From Candidatus Pacebacteria bacterium CG2_30_36_39 (GTDB lineage Bacteria; Patescibacteriota; Microgenomatia; UBA1400; PJMF01), in NCBI GenBank assembly GCA_001873435.1, contig MNZB01000003.1, forward strand, positions 6,427 through 70,426: DNA of 64,000 bases. The letters run 5' to 3'. The notes under the pieces are model-generated. The model did no database searches. It was not told where the DNA came from and saw nothing but the letters and a program-made list of their open reading frames with translations. A program made the translations under genes and the position numbers. Below are positions 18,766-28,032 of the stretch, piece by piece (the stretch's first letter is position 1; each line of letters begins with the position of its first letter).

Positions 18766-18946
18766 TTAGAGTCCTTTCAAAATTGTTTTTTTATACCATC
18801 ATCCGCGGTGAGCAAGTGATGCAATATAAATCAAAGATTATTGAATCTATATACCAAGGTAACAGAGTAAACGTAACTAGGTCAATAGTGAGTTTGAGCT
18901 AGTAAGTACTAAACAAGTTTTCCCAGCATGACATATAATTTTAACT

Positions 18947-19273
18947 ATGATTGAAACCTACAGGAGAATTAAAACTGCTTTGGTTGAGATTTCTAAAAAA
19001 GCGGCTGAGGCCGGTGAGACAGCGGAGAGGGATTTCTTGGAAAGATATATTTTTTCCAGAAATGCTCCCAAAAATAGTCTGGAGTATAAATTAATTGGGG
19101 AGCTTGCTGAGGCTAAGAGGGTCTTTGATTCAACTTCCGGTCTAAGGTTAAAAGAAAAACGTCTAGCGAAGGCAAGTCTAGACGCTGCTACGGCAAGTGT
19201 ATTTGAAGCACATCAAGAATTTATTAAGAGAGGTGAAAAGTACATTGCTCTTGATGGTAAAGTTATTGAGTAG
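18947..19273 (+). CDS. Hypothetical helical protein
   Basis: 108 aa; TATAAT just upstream. Confidence 0.65.
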   Translation: MIETYRRIKTALVEISKKAAEAGETAERDFLERYIFSRNAPKNSLEYKLIGELAEAKRVFDSTSGLRLKEKRLAKASLDAATASVFEAHQEFIKRGEKYIALDGKVIE

Positions 19274-19294
19274 CTCAATTTTTATTTGTTAAAC

Positions 19295-19324
19295 CAAAAA
19301 CCCCGCCATAAAGGCGGGGTTTTT
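19295..19324. terminator. Bidirectional terminator (rplL / hypothetical)
   Basis: AAAAACCCCGCC-ATAAA-GGCGGGGTTTTT. Confidence 0.88.
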
Positions 19325-19348
19325 ATTGCTTTTATCAGCGTAATTAAA

Positions 19349-19753
19349 TTATTTTAATTCAACTACACAACCAGCTTCTTCCAAGGTTTTCTTGGCAGCT
19401 TCAGCATCTTCTTTCTTGGCACCTTCCAAAACAGTTTTTGGAGCGGATTCTACGAAAGTTTTTGCTTCACCTAAACCAAGTTCTGGCTTAAGAGTACGGA
19501 CGGCTTTGATGGCACCAATTTTATTGGAACCAGCGTCTTTTAAGACGACATCAAATTCATCTTTAACTTCAGCAACAGCAGCTGCACCAGCAGCGGCAGG
19601 CATAGCACCCATCATCATAGGAGCGGCTGCACTTACACCGAATGTATCTTCTAATGCGGTAACGAGTTCAGAAACTTCCATGAGGGAGAGTTCTTTAACA
19701 GCGTCAACGAGTTTCTGCACTTTAGCAGAGAGTTGTTTTGTGTCTTCAGACAT
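19349..19753 (-). CDS. rplL: 50S ribosomal protein L7/L12
   Basis: [32 protein letters not shown]. Confidence 0.98.
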   Translation of the reverse strand: MSEDTKQLSAKVQKLVDAVKELSLMEVSELVTALEDTFGVSAAAPMMMGAMPAAAGAAAVAEVKDEFDVVLKDAGSNKIGAIKAVRTLKPELGLGEAKTFVESAPKTVLEGAKKEDAEAAKKTLEEAGCVVELK

Positions 19754-19785
19754 ATTTTTCCTTTATATTACTTTTTTACTTATTA

Positions 19786-20298
19786 CTAAGCGGTCTCCAA
19801 TTGTTTTTGAAGAGCGCGAAGAGCATAGACTAGATCTCTTGGGCCAGCCTTGAGTACGTTCACTAGACCATAAGCAGGTCCTTTGAGACGAATCACCAAA
19901 GTGGTCATTAATTCTTGTTTGCCAGGTAGTTTGCTGAGTGATTCAACTTCCTCAATGGAAAGAACCTTATCTCCCATGACACCCTGTTTGATCACCAATT
20001 TATCGGTGTCTTTGTGGAACTTGAAGAGAGCCTTCAAAGCAGCCACAGGGTCTTCAAAAGAGAAGACTACAGCATTCATACCAGTCAAGGAATCAGTAAC
20101 TTTACCTTTTCCTACAGCGAGGTCGATCAGGGTGTTTTTGGTGACATACATTTCACCACCTGCTTCTGTCAAGGCAGAGCGAAGCTCAACTTGATCATTA
20201 ACAGTAGTACCCTGGTATTCAACTACAACTGCTGACTGTGCCTGAGCAAACTTGTCTTGCAAGATCTTTACTTGCTCCAAGTTATGTTGATTTGGCAT
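19786..20298 (-). CDS. rplJ: 50S ribosomal protein L10
   Basis: VVEYQG..V...[19 protein letters not shown]; start at ATG 20298. Confidence 0.96.
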   Translation of the reverse strand: MPNQHNLEQVKILQDKFAQAQSAVVVEYQGTTVNDQVELRSALTEAGGEMYVTKNTLIDLAVGKGKVTDSLTGMNAVVFSFEDPVAALKALFKFHKDTDKLVIKQGVMGDKVLSIEEVESLSKLPGKQELMTTLVIRLKGPAYGLVNVLKAGPRDLVYALRALQKQLETA

Positions 20299-20426
20299 AC
20301 AACGAATACCTTTATACTTAATTAATACCTTTAAAGTGCCGTTTCGCAAAGGCTTGTGGGAAATGTACAATGAGGGGAAAGAGAAAAACTAAAAAGCAAA
20401 ATTGTAATTCGTTTTTAAGTAGCTCT

Positions 20427-20474
20427 CCTCGGTGTGGCATTTCACCAGAATTTCTTCTGGACACACTGTCTTTG
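20427..20474 (-). promoter_or_regulatory. L10 leader (L10-L12 autoregulatory RNA)
   Basis: Minus strand AAAGACAGTGTG-hairpin(CCAGAAG/TTCTGG)-CACACCGAGG matches the AGACAG...CCGAGG kink-turn core of L10 leaders. Confidence 0.75.
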
Positions 20475-20488
20475 GAAACAGAAAGAAA

Positions 20489-20516
20489 ATTATATCACGA
20501 AAAGGACAAACTGCAA
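20489..20516 (-). promoter_or_regulatory. Sigma70-type promoter of rplJL
   Basis: TTGCAG-16-TATAAT with extended TG. Confidence 0.55.
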
Positions 20517-22483
20517 TGTTCCAAAACAAGCATAGTAATTCGATATTGAATCGAGTTTTTGGATTTTTTTCTAGCCTTTTAATCTCATTATTATTTTTTG
20601 GTCAGATCCAGCCTGTCTTTGCGGAAGAAACCAAAGAATATTCTATTCAAGGAACTGATATTCAGGCAGAAGTCAGTCCAAGTGGTTCAATGGATGTAAT
20701 CGAGCAGCGAGTTTATAGTTTTACTGGAGATTATAGATTTGCTTATCAACGCATAGAGAAAAATCCAGATCAAAAAACAGCACCAGGCAGAGTAGAGCCA
20801 TATCAAATTAGAATCAAAGGTATTTGTGAAAAAGATTATTGCTACCGATTTGTTTACCCATCAGAGGTAAACATGACTGACCGTCGAGCAAATACACCAG
20901 GAACATATACAGTTATTCAAGATAATAATGAAGTTTATGTCCAATGGCATTTCAAAGCTATTAATGAAGCCAAGATTTTTACTATTCAATATGTTGTTGA
21001 TAATGCAGTCACCTTACATAGTGATATAGCAGAGATATATTGGCAATTTATTGGTAATAAATGGGAAGTACCTCAGAAATATGTGACGGTTAATGTTAAC
21101 TTGCCATATGGAATAAATGATAAAGATATTGTTGCTTGGGGGCATGGAGAATTAAAGGGTCAAGTTAGTATTCCAAATGCTCAAACAGTTAAATTTGCGG
21201 TTGATAAGGTTCGAAGTGGCAAGATGTTAGAAGCACGCATCTTGGTACCCAAAATGAGCTTTTATGATGGAGCACAAGGCCATTTTTCCAAAGCACAAAT
21301 AGAAGAGCAGGAGTCCAGTTTTATAGCAGAGACCAAAAAATGGTTAGATAGAAATTCTATTTTTGTAAACTTACAAAAGTTTTTAGTAGCTCTGGCCTGG
21401 ATTTTTGGAGCTCAAATATTATTTCGATATTTGTTTTTTGAGTATCAAAGAATACCAAAGGCCAATCAGGCAGATCGGGTTTGGGAGCCACCAAGTAATT
21501 TAGAACCGGCAATTGTTGAGTTATTGGTTAGGCGCACTCGTTCTCTTTCAACAAAATCTTTTACAGCTACTGCTTTATCTTTAGTACAACAAAAGTTTGT
21601 CAAAATTATTCGCAGTGATGATAAGAAAGGTTTTTTCGTCAAAAAATATGAATATGGCTTTGTTAAGGCAAAAGAACCAAAAAAACTAACGGTATTGCAG
21701 CAGGATGTTTATGATTATCTTTTTGATAAAGCAGCTAAAAAAGAAGATATTTTATGGTTCAAAGATTTAATTAAATATAATAAGGCTCATCCATCTGGAG
21801 CACATAATTTCTTTAAGAGTTTAGAAAAATCGGCTTTCCACCAGGGAGAAAAATTGGATTTAATAGCCAAGCCAGTTAAAGGTGGCATATTTAAAAAAAT
21901 AGCACCGTTGTTAATTGTTTATTTGTTATCAATTGGTAGCATAGTTTTTCAAGTTCTATGGATAGGTGATGAATATTTTCAACCAGATGCCTTGTTGATA
22001 GCAGTTACTGGCTTATTCATTCCAATCATGTTGAGTTTTATAGCAATTATGAAATCGATCACAGGTTTTCGTTATACCGATAAGGGTCTATTGGAAACTG
22101 CTCAGTGGCGAGCTTTTAAAAAACACATGAATGATTATCGTAAAACCAAGGAATATCCAATTGACTCAGTAATTTTATGGGAGAAATATCTTGTGTATGG
22201 CACTCTTTTGGGAGTATCAGCTAAGGCATTAGCTCAGTTGCCTGTTAATTTTGATTTAAATGATCCGGCAGTAACAGGATATTGGGTGGGCTATAGTCAT
22301 GGTGGTGGTTCCACGGATTTTACAAATTCATTTAGTGGAGTTTCCGATTCTTTGTCATCGGTTTTACATTCATTTTCTACTAGTTCCACTCAGAGTTTCG
22401 GAGCTAGTGGAGCCGGGTCTTCTGGTGGATTCTCTGGCGGAGGCGGCGGTGGAGGTGGCGGCGGAGGTGGTGGAGCAGGTTAA
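20516..22483 (+). CDS. DUF2207 family membrane protein
   Basis: Signal/TM, DIAEIYWQFIG..W, AWGHG, W.AFK, LWEKYLVYGTLLGV, Gly-rich GGFSGGGGGGGGGG tail. Confidence 0.9.
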   Translation: MFQNKHSNSILNRVFGFFSSLLISLLFFGQIQPVFAEETKEYSIQGTDIQAEVSPSGSMDVIEQRVYSFTGDYRFAYQRIEKNPDQKTAPGRVEPYQIRIKGICEKDYCYRFVYPSEVNMTDRRANTPGTYTVIQDNNEVYVQWHFKAINEAKIFTIQYVVDNAVTLHSDIAEIYWQFIGNKWEVPQKYVTVNVNLPYGINDKDIVAWGHGELKGQVSIPNAQTVKFAVDKVRSGKMLEARILVPKMSFYDGAQGHFSKAQIEEQESSFIAETKKWLDRNSIFVNLQKFLVALAWIFGAQILFRYLFFEYQRIPKANQADRVWEPPSNLEPAIVELLVRRTRSLSTKSFTATALSLVQQKFVKIIRSDDKKGFFVKKYEYGFVKAKEPKKLTVLQQDVYDYLFDKAAKKEDILWFKDLIKYNKAHPSGAHNFFKSLEKSAFHQGEKLDLIAKPVKGGIFKKIAPLLIVYLLSIGSIVFQVLWIGDEYFQPDALLIAVTGLFIPIMLSFIAIMKSITGFRYTDKGLLETAQWRAFKKHMNDYRKTKEYPIDSVILWEKYLVYGTLLGVSAKALAQLPVNFDLNDPAVTGYWVGYSHGGGSTDFTNSFSGVSDSLSSVLHSFSTSSTQSFGASGAGSSGGFSGGGGGGGGGGGGGAG

Positions 22484-22532
22484 TTTTTTTATTAGTGTTA
22501 AAATATCTCTTTTATTAAAATAATTAATCAAA

Positions 22533-23192
22533 ATGGCAGAACTTTGGCAGAAAATACCAGAAAAATATCGTAATTCAGTAGAGTTTAGTTTGAAGAGGAC
22601 TAGCACATTGGGTAGGCGAATGTATTCACGTTTTCAGGAGCTTTTTGGTTATAAAAAACAAGAAAAAGAACCTGGTCCTGAATTTGAAATCAAAATTAAT
22701 CAGTGGACAGTGAGAGTTTGGAAAGATCGTTATGAAATAGTTAATCTTGATGAAGACGGAGAGACTCGGAGTTTTTATTTATTGAAAAGTGGTAAGTATG
22801 GTCAGCCATTAATAGAAGCAGAACCAGACAGAGCATTTGAAGCTCCAAAAGAAGTAATTTATGTTAATGCCAAAGGTGAAAAAGTAGATCCACCTAAAGA
22901 AAAGATTTCTGGAATAATTTGTCAAGAAGAAGATGGTTCAGTTGCTCATCGTTTCAGTTTGTCTAATAAAAAAGCTCCCAAATTTAAACCAACTGAAGAC
23001 GGGATAGAAATAGAAGTGGCACAAGGAGAAGGGGAGAATACAACAATTGAACGTTGGTATTTGACTGTGCTTTTTGATAAAGATGGTAATAGAATTCAAA
23101 ACCATGATGGTTACTATGGGAGAGTTAAGCCTTCGGTTGTAAAAATACTAGAACTACAAGATCTGAATTTTGTTAAATTAGCTGGTGAATAA
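22533..23192 (+). CDS. Hypothetical protein
   Basis: 219 aa ORF. Confidence 0.7.
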   Translation: MAELWQKIPEKYRNSVEFSLKRTSTLGRRMYSRFQELFGYKKQEKEPGPEFEIKINQWTVRVWKDRYEIVNLDEDGETRSFYLLKSGKYGQPLIEAEPDRAFEAPKEVIYVNAKGEKVDPPKEKISGIICQEEDGSVAHRFSLSNKKAPKFKPTEDGIEIEVAQGEGENTTIERWYLTVLFDKDGNRIQNHDGYYGRVKPSVVKILELQDLNFVKLAGE

Positions 23193-23201
23193 TAATTTTT
23201 T

Positions 23202-23229
23202 TTGCATTTTAAATAAAAAGATCTATAAT
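23202..23229 (+). promoter_or_regulatory. Promoter of the thrS leader
   Basis: TTGCAT-16-TATAAT ending 9 bp before the leader ATG. Confidence 0.65.
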
Positions 23230-23238
23230 ACCAACCAG

Positions 23239-23283
23239 ATGAAATCTTTAATTGTAATTACCACCAACACTACTACTCTCTAA
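23239..23283 (+). CDS. Thr-rich leader peptide MKSLIVITTNTTTL
   Basis: 5 Thr codons among codons 8-13 (ACC ACC AAC ACT ACT ACT), directly upstream of thrS. Confidence 0.85.
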   Translation: MKSLIVITTNTTTL

Positions 23284-23342
23284 TGAGGGGTGGCTGTGTA
23301 TGGTTGTAATCACATAACGCCCCTTGAAAGAGGGGTTTTTTC
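23257..23342 (+). promoter_or_regulatory. Transcription attenuator (1:2 protector, 2:3 antiterminator, 3:4 terminator)
   Basis: GAGGGGTG (23285-92) can pair with CGCCCCTT (23318-25); terminator GCCCCTT-GAAA-GAGGGGT plus T7. Confidence 0.85.
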
Positions 23343-23386
23343 GTATCAAAAACCAAGTACAATAGAAAATACTTAAAGAGGAACTT

Positions 23387-25210
23387 ATGGCAGAAAAAAA
23401 CAAATCATTTAATCAATTATGGAACATTCGTCATACCGCTGAACATGTCTTAACTTTGGCAATGCAACAACTATATGGCAAAGACAAGATTATTATGGCT
23501 ATGGGCCCTGCTACTGAAGAAGGTTTTTATTTTGACTTTGATGCTCCAGCAGATTTTAAAATCAGTGAGATTGATTTTCCTAAAATTGAAAAACAAATGA
23601 AAAAGATCATTCAACTAAACTTTTTCATGCAACGAGTGGAGATATCGGTAGAAACAGCTAGAAAACTATTTGCTGACAATCCATATAAACAAGAGTGGTT
23701 GAATGAAATAGAAGGAGAAAAAGCTCCAGTTACTGTTTATTTAACTGGTGCCAAAGATCAAGTAGATGCCGATGAAGAATCATTAAAAGCTGGTAAATAT
23801 GAAGGTTTGAAATCTGCTTTTGTAGATTTATGTAGTGGCCCACATGCAGAGAGAGTAGGGGAAATAAAAGCTTTTAAATTATTAAGTGTTGCTGGTGCCT
23901 ATTGGCGAGGTGATGAGAAAAATAAGATGCTAACTCGTGTTTATGGCACAGCATTTACTTCACAAATAGAATTAGATGAATATGTTAATAGAATAGAAGA
24001 AGCCAAAAAAAGAGATCATCGTAAGTTGGGCAAAACTTTGGATCTCTTTACTTTTTCTGAGTTAGTTGGTCCTGGCTTGCCTTTGTGGACACCCAAAGGT
24101 ACTCAGCTAAGAGTATTACTAGATGATTTTGTTTGGGCGTTACGTAAAGCTAAAGGTTACGCAAAGGTTGAAATTCCTCATATTACTAAGAAAGATCTTT
24201 ATCAAACCAGTGGTCATTGGGATAAATTTGGTGATGAATTGTTTCGCATGGTAACTCGTGAAGGTCATGAGTTTGTAATGAAACCAATGAACTGTCCTCA
24301 TCACACTCAAATCTTTGCTCGCAAGCAAATGAGCTATCGTGAAATGCCACAGCGCTATGCTAATACCACAATGGTTTACCGTGATGAACAAACCGGAGAA
24401 TTGAACGGTTTATCTCGTGTAAGAGCTATTACTCAGGATGATTCTCATGTATTTTGCCGTCAAACTCAGGTTCAGGATGAGGCAAATGCTGTTTGGGATA
24501 TAGTTGAAAAGTTTTACGGTGCTTTTGGATTTGAGTTACAAGTTCGTTTATCACTTCATAATCCTGCTGCTCCAGAAAAATATTTGGGTGGAACTGAAAG
24601 ATGGTTAGCTGCAGAGGAGACCTTACGTGAGCTAGCTCGTTTTAGAGGTGTTAAAGCAACTGAAGCAGCGGGTGAAGCAGCTTTTTATGGTCCCAAAATT
24701 GATTTTATGGCATTTGATTCATTGGGTCGTGAGTGGCAAGTAGCTACTATTCAGCTTGATTTTAATATGCCGGAGCGTTTTGATCTTTCTTGTGTGAATG
24801 AACAAGGAGAAAAAGAGCGGATTGTAATGTTGCATGTTGCAATCATGGGTTCAATAGAACGTTTCTTATCAATTTTAATTGAACATTATGGCGGAGCATT
24901 TCCATTTTGGTTAGCTCCAGAGCAGGTAAGAATTTTACCTATCGCAGATCGACATTTTGAGTTTGCTCAAGACTTACAAGAGAAGCTTAAAGAACTCAAT
25001 ATTCGTGTTGAAATTGATCTGAGAAGCGAGCGCTTGCCAGCAAAAATTAGAGCTGCCCAATTAGAAAAAGTACCTCACATGATTGTGATTGGTGACCAGG
25101 AATTAGAAGCAAAACAGGTTAATGTTCGCTCACGTGACGGCGAACAACAGAGTTTATCGGTTGAAAAATACTTAGAGCAAGTTGTTGAATTGGCAAAAAC
25201 AAAGAAATAA
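23387..25210 (+). CDS. thrS: Threonyl-tRNA synthetase (no N-terminal TGS domain)
   Basis: RHTAEH, DLCSGPH, GAYWRGDE, KRDHRKLG, KPMNCPHH, AAFYGPKID, QLDF, GSIERF. Confidence 0.98.
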   Translation: MAEKNKSFNQLWNIRHTAEHVLTLAMQQLYGKDKIIMAMGPATEEGFYFDFDAPADFKISEIDFPKIEKQMKKIIQLNFFMQRVEISVETARKLFADNPYKQEWLNEIEGEKAPVTVYLTGAKDQVDADEESLKAGKYEGLKSAFVDLCSGPHAERVGEIKAFKLLSVAGAYWRGDEKNKMLTRVYGTAFTSQIELDEYVNRIEEAKKRDHRKLGKTLDLFTFSELVGPGLPLWTPKGTQLRVLLDDFVWALRKAKGYAKVEIPHITKKDLYQTSGHWDKFGDELFRMVTREGHEFVMKPMNCPHHTQIFARKQMSYREMPQRYANTTMVYRDEQTGELNGLSRVRAITQDDSHVFCRQTQVQDEANAVWDIVEKFYGAFGFELQVRLSLHNPAAPEKYLGGTERWLAAEETLRELARFRGVKATEAAGEAAFYGPKIDFMAFDSLGREWQVATIQLDFNMPERFDLSCVNEQGEKERIVMLHVAIMGSIERFLSILIEHYGGAFPFWLAPEQVRILPIADRHFEFAQDLQEKLKELNIRVEIDLRSERLPAKIRAAQLEKVPHMIVIGDQELEAKQVNVRSRDGEQQSLSVEKYLEQVVELAKTKK

Positions 25211-25213
25211 AAG

Positions 25214-26467
25214 CTATTCGTGTCGATTAAATTCTTTGGCAACTTCTGCTTCAGTGATTTTGTCTTTTTGCAGTGCAAGACTACCAAGAATTGCTTTATC
25301 CAAGGTAAATGGTGAGAGCAAGGAAATTACTTCCAGGGTAAAAATTGATAGTTCAAAAGCACTTGGAATTTGGTTGGTGATGAAAAAAGCACCCAAACCA
25401 ACCAAAGTAGCAGTGAACAACGAGTCTTTAAACATTTCTTTTTGAGTTTTGTCAATTATTTTGATATCGATGCCCATTTTTTCAGCAAGATTTCCCTTGC
25501 GAATAATTCTAGGTACACTGTGCCACATCATTGTTATGAAGGTAGCAATAGCAGTCAGCGTGTTGAAGGTAGTATTTTGAACACTTACATCTCCACTAAA
25601 AATTCCCAACTTCCAGCCTATGGGAAAATGTTTTACTAAAAACCAGGCTATTAGCATGAAAAGTAATAAGTATCCGGTGGCGTAACGACTCAGAATATTT
25701 GGTTCGATATTTTCAATAGTAACTGTTGGTGTTGGTAAAGATTCAGTGTTTTCTTCTGTTTTTTTTGCTTCTTCATCAATTTTAGCTTTTAGTTCTTCTT
25801 CTGCTTTTTTATTTTCATTGGCTCGTTTGAAAATAATAATTAGTAGTTGTAAAACTATGAGTACAATCCAAGTTGGTAGGAGGACTTTCCAGCCAAAGTC
25901 AATAGTTTTGGTGACAGCTGGATAAGGAATTTTGAACCAAGTATCCAATAGTGGGTAATCTGGATACTTAACCCATTTGTATAAGTGCTCTGGATTAAGT
26001 GGTTTGCTGTAAAAATCAGTTAAAAACAATCTTCCCAATGAGATAAATGAAACTAGTTGCATCACAAAATCTACGGCATAAAATAAAAAGGTGGTGTTTC
26101 CCTGGCGAAAACGTTTTTTTAAAATAAATGCTTGTTGCGTTTCAGATTTTATTTTTTCAACATTATGTTGAAACTCTTGAATGTTGTTTGATTTAACTAC
26201 TCTAATAATACGAAAGGGGATCATAAGAATGGTTTGGAAAAGTCCCAGCATTATCACTGAGATCCACATGCGATTTGTAAAAGAATAGAAGAAAAATAGA
26301 AAACTGGCATAAAATTGATTCAAAATACCAGTGAAAAAAGCATAAATTAGAAAAATTATGGCTAAGGCTGAGGCAATCGTGCCTAGGTCTGGAATTCTGA
26401 CAAAACTACTAACTTTGCTCTCTTGAGAAATTGCAGTATTGCCATTTTTTTCAGAAACACTATTCAT
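25214..26467 (-). CDS. Membrane protein, divergent YidC/Oxa1-like
   Basis: WISVIMLGLFQTILMIPF + coiled region + MQ TM + C-terminal QKEM..FFITNQIPSAFELSI parallels YidC core topology. Confidence 0.55.
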   Translation of the reverse strand: MNSVSEKNGNTAISQESKVSSFVRIPDLGTIASALAIIFLIYAFFTGILNQFYASFLFFFYSFTNRMWISVIMLGLFQTILMIPFRIIRVVKSNNIQEFQHNVEKIKSETQQAFILKKRFRQGNTTFLFYAVDFVMQLVSFISLGRLFLTDFYSKPLNPEHLYKWVKYPDYPLLDTWFKIPYPAVTKTIDFGWKVLLPTWIVLIVLQLLIIIFKRANENKKAEEELKAKIDEEAKKTEENTESLPTPTVTIENIEPNILSRYATGYLLLFMLIAWFLVKHFPIGWKLGIFSGDVSVQNTTFNTLTAIATFITMMWHSVPRIIRKGNLAEKMGIDIKIIDKTQKEMFKDSLFTATLVGLGAFFITNQIPSAFELSIFTLEVISLLSPFTLDKAILGSLALQKDKITEAEVAKEFNRHE

Positions 26468-26503
26468 AAACGCCTGTCATTGTATCGTGTCTGGACTGGA
26501 CTG

Positions 26504-27382
26504 TCACTTTGTAAGCACTAGTAGTGCTAATCCAGCAACTATTATTCCAACTCCCAGTAGTTTTTTGAAATTTAACTCATCTTTAAAGATTAATCCAGAT
26601 AAAATCGCGACCGCTGCAATTGAGGCGGCGTTAATGGCATTTATATAACCTACATTTGGAGTAGTTTGGTAAGCAAGCTGCATAAAATAGTTGAATCCTG
26701 CTCCGCTAATACCGATTCCTAGCAGGGTTAAAATTTGTTGTTTACTGATTTTGAGTGGGATTTTTTCTTTAATGATTTCAGTACTAATAATGATGGAAAC
26801 TATGATCATGGAAAAAACTAATCTACTCAAGATATTTACTCCTAAATCAAGTAGGTATTTTGAAGTCAGAGCCAGCATTCCCCAGCAAAAAAAAGCACCA
26901 ATTGCCAAAAATAGCCACTTAGTTTGGGTTTTATTTGTCTCTATTTTTTTATTAGTTGCTTTCTTTTCAATCATGATTAAGCCAGAACCGGCGATGATTA
27001 GACCAATAGCTAACATTGCTTTAACTGTTAAAACATCTTGGAACAAAAACACCGAGGCAATGCTGGTAAAAACCACATAGCTCTTTGAGATTACTAAGCT
27101 AAAACCAGGATTGGGTGCCAGCTCAATGCTTTTTAAAGAAAAGACATTGCCTAGATAGGAAAAGAATATCGACATTATGAAAATGATTAGCAATTGAAAT
27201 GGGGTTACTGCAAAGTTAGTATGTTGAAAAATACCAATAATCAAAAAAATAACTGCTGGAATTATGAACATGGATAGATTTTTTAAAGGAGTGGCAGTTT
27301 TTTGTGTTCCAGCTAACCTAACTAGTAGGTAAGAGGCAACTGAGAAACTAAACATTAATAAGCTAGCTAGGATCCATGACAT
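26504..27382 (-). CDS. EamA/DMT family transporter
   Basis: 10 TM, two repeated halves, FKDEL..KKLLGV.II.AG. Confidence 0.88.
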   Translation of the reverse strand: MSWILASLLMFSFSVASYLLVRLAGTQKTATPLKNLSMFIIPAVIFLIIGIFQHTNFAVTPFQLLIIFIMSIFFSYLGNVFSLKSIELAPNPGFSLVISKSYVVFTSIASVFLFQDVLTVKAMLAIGLIIAGSGLIMIEKKATNKKIETNKTQTKWLFLAIGAFFCWGMLALTSKYLLDLGVNILSRLVFSMIIVSIIISTEIIKEKIPLKISKQQILTLLGIGISGAGFNYFMQLAYQTTPNVGYINAINAASIAAVAILSGLIFKDELNFKKLLGVGIIVAGLALLVLTK

Positions 27383-27385
27383 AGT

Positions 27386-27919
27386 TTACTTTGGGGAAAT
27401 GGCGAAAAAAGTTCTTTCTTGATTAATACCGATTTGTTTAAAACCAAATTTTTCATAAATATGTTGCGGGATGGAATTATTTATTCTAGTGCTTAACCAT
27501 ACTGTTTTATTGGGATTTTTTTGCCAAAAATCAGCGAAGCAAGTTTTCATAAAAGGAATAGAAAGTCCTTCTCCTCTGGCATTTTTATAAATACGAATGG
27601 CAAAGGTCCAACGACAATCTGGATAATCATTTATAAATTGATCTGGTATTGTCAGCGGTTCAAACCAGATTATCCCAGCCAAAATGTGATCATTTGTCTT
27701 GTGCAAAGTGTAAAATTTTTTATTATTTTTTTGTAACCAACTTTGAGCAGTTTCTTTGTTTTCAAATCTATGAGCATCTGAAGTTTGTTCTGCAACTATA
27801 GAGTCTGTTTTGGCAAAAACTATTATTTGAGCAAAATCTTCATCACTCAGTCCTTCTGAGATTTGATAATTGAGGTTGTTTTTACTTGTTATCATTGGGA
27901 GGCTTGGGTATTCTGTCAT
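27386..27919 (-). CDS. GNAT family N-acetyltransferase
   Basis: ARGEGLS, VWLST..NN....IYEKFGF. Confidence 0.85.
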   Translation of the reverse strand: MTEYPSLPMITSKNNLNYQISEGLSDEDFAQIIVFAKTDSIVAEQTSDAHRFENKETAQSWLQKNNKKFYTLHKTNDHILAGIIWFEPLTIPDQFINDYPDCRWTFAIRIYKNARGEGLSIPFMKTCFADFWQKNPNKTVWLSTRINNSIPQHIYEKFGFKQIGINQERTFFAISPK

Positions 27920-27980
27920 GGTGACTTCATTGTACTGGTAGTTATTTTTGAAGCAAGGGAAATAAATAGTTTCTTAAACT

Positions 27981-28009
27981 AAAAAGCCCCAAATTACTTT
28001 GGGGCTTTT
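27981..28009 (-). terminator. Terminator after rplA
   Basis: AAAAAGCCCCAAA-TTAC-TTTGGGGCTTTTT. Confidence 0.88.
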
Positions 28010-28032
28010 AAATTTCTGATTAATAAAAATTT

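Noticed and set aside
19392-20235. Plus-strand ORFs over rplL/rplJ, and similar shadow ORFs throughout the window
   Set aside because: Antisense or off-frame shadows of well-supported genes
20299-20515. Track start extensions of rplJ and the DUF2207 gene
   Set aside because: They fall in the rplJ leader, L10 RNA element and promoter
22425-22480. GGC/GGT/GGA microsatellite-like run
   Set aside because: Encodes the normal poly-Gly tail of DUF2207 proteins
23230-23386. T-box riboswitch upstream of thrS
   Set aside because: Too short, with no stem I and no TGGNACC T-box sequence; the leader-peptide model fits fully
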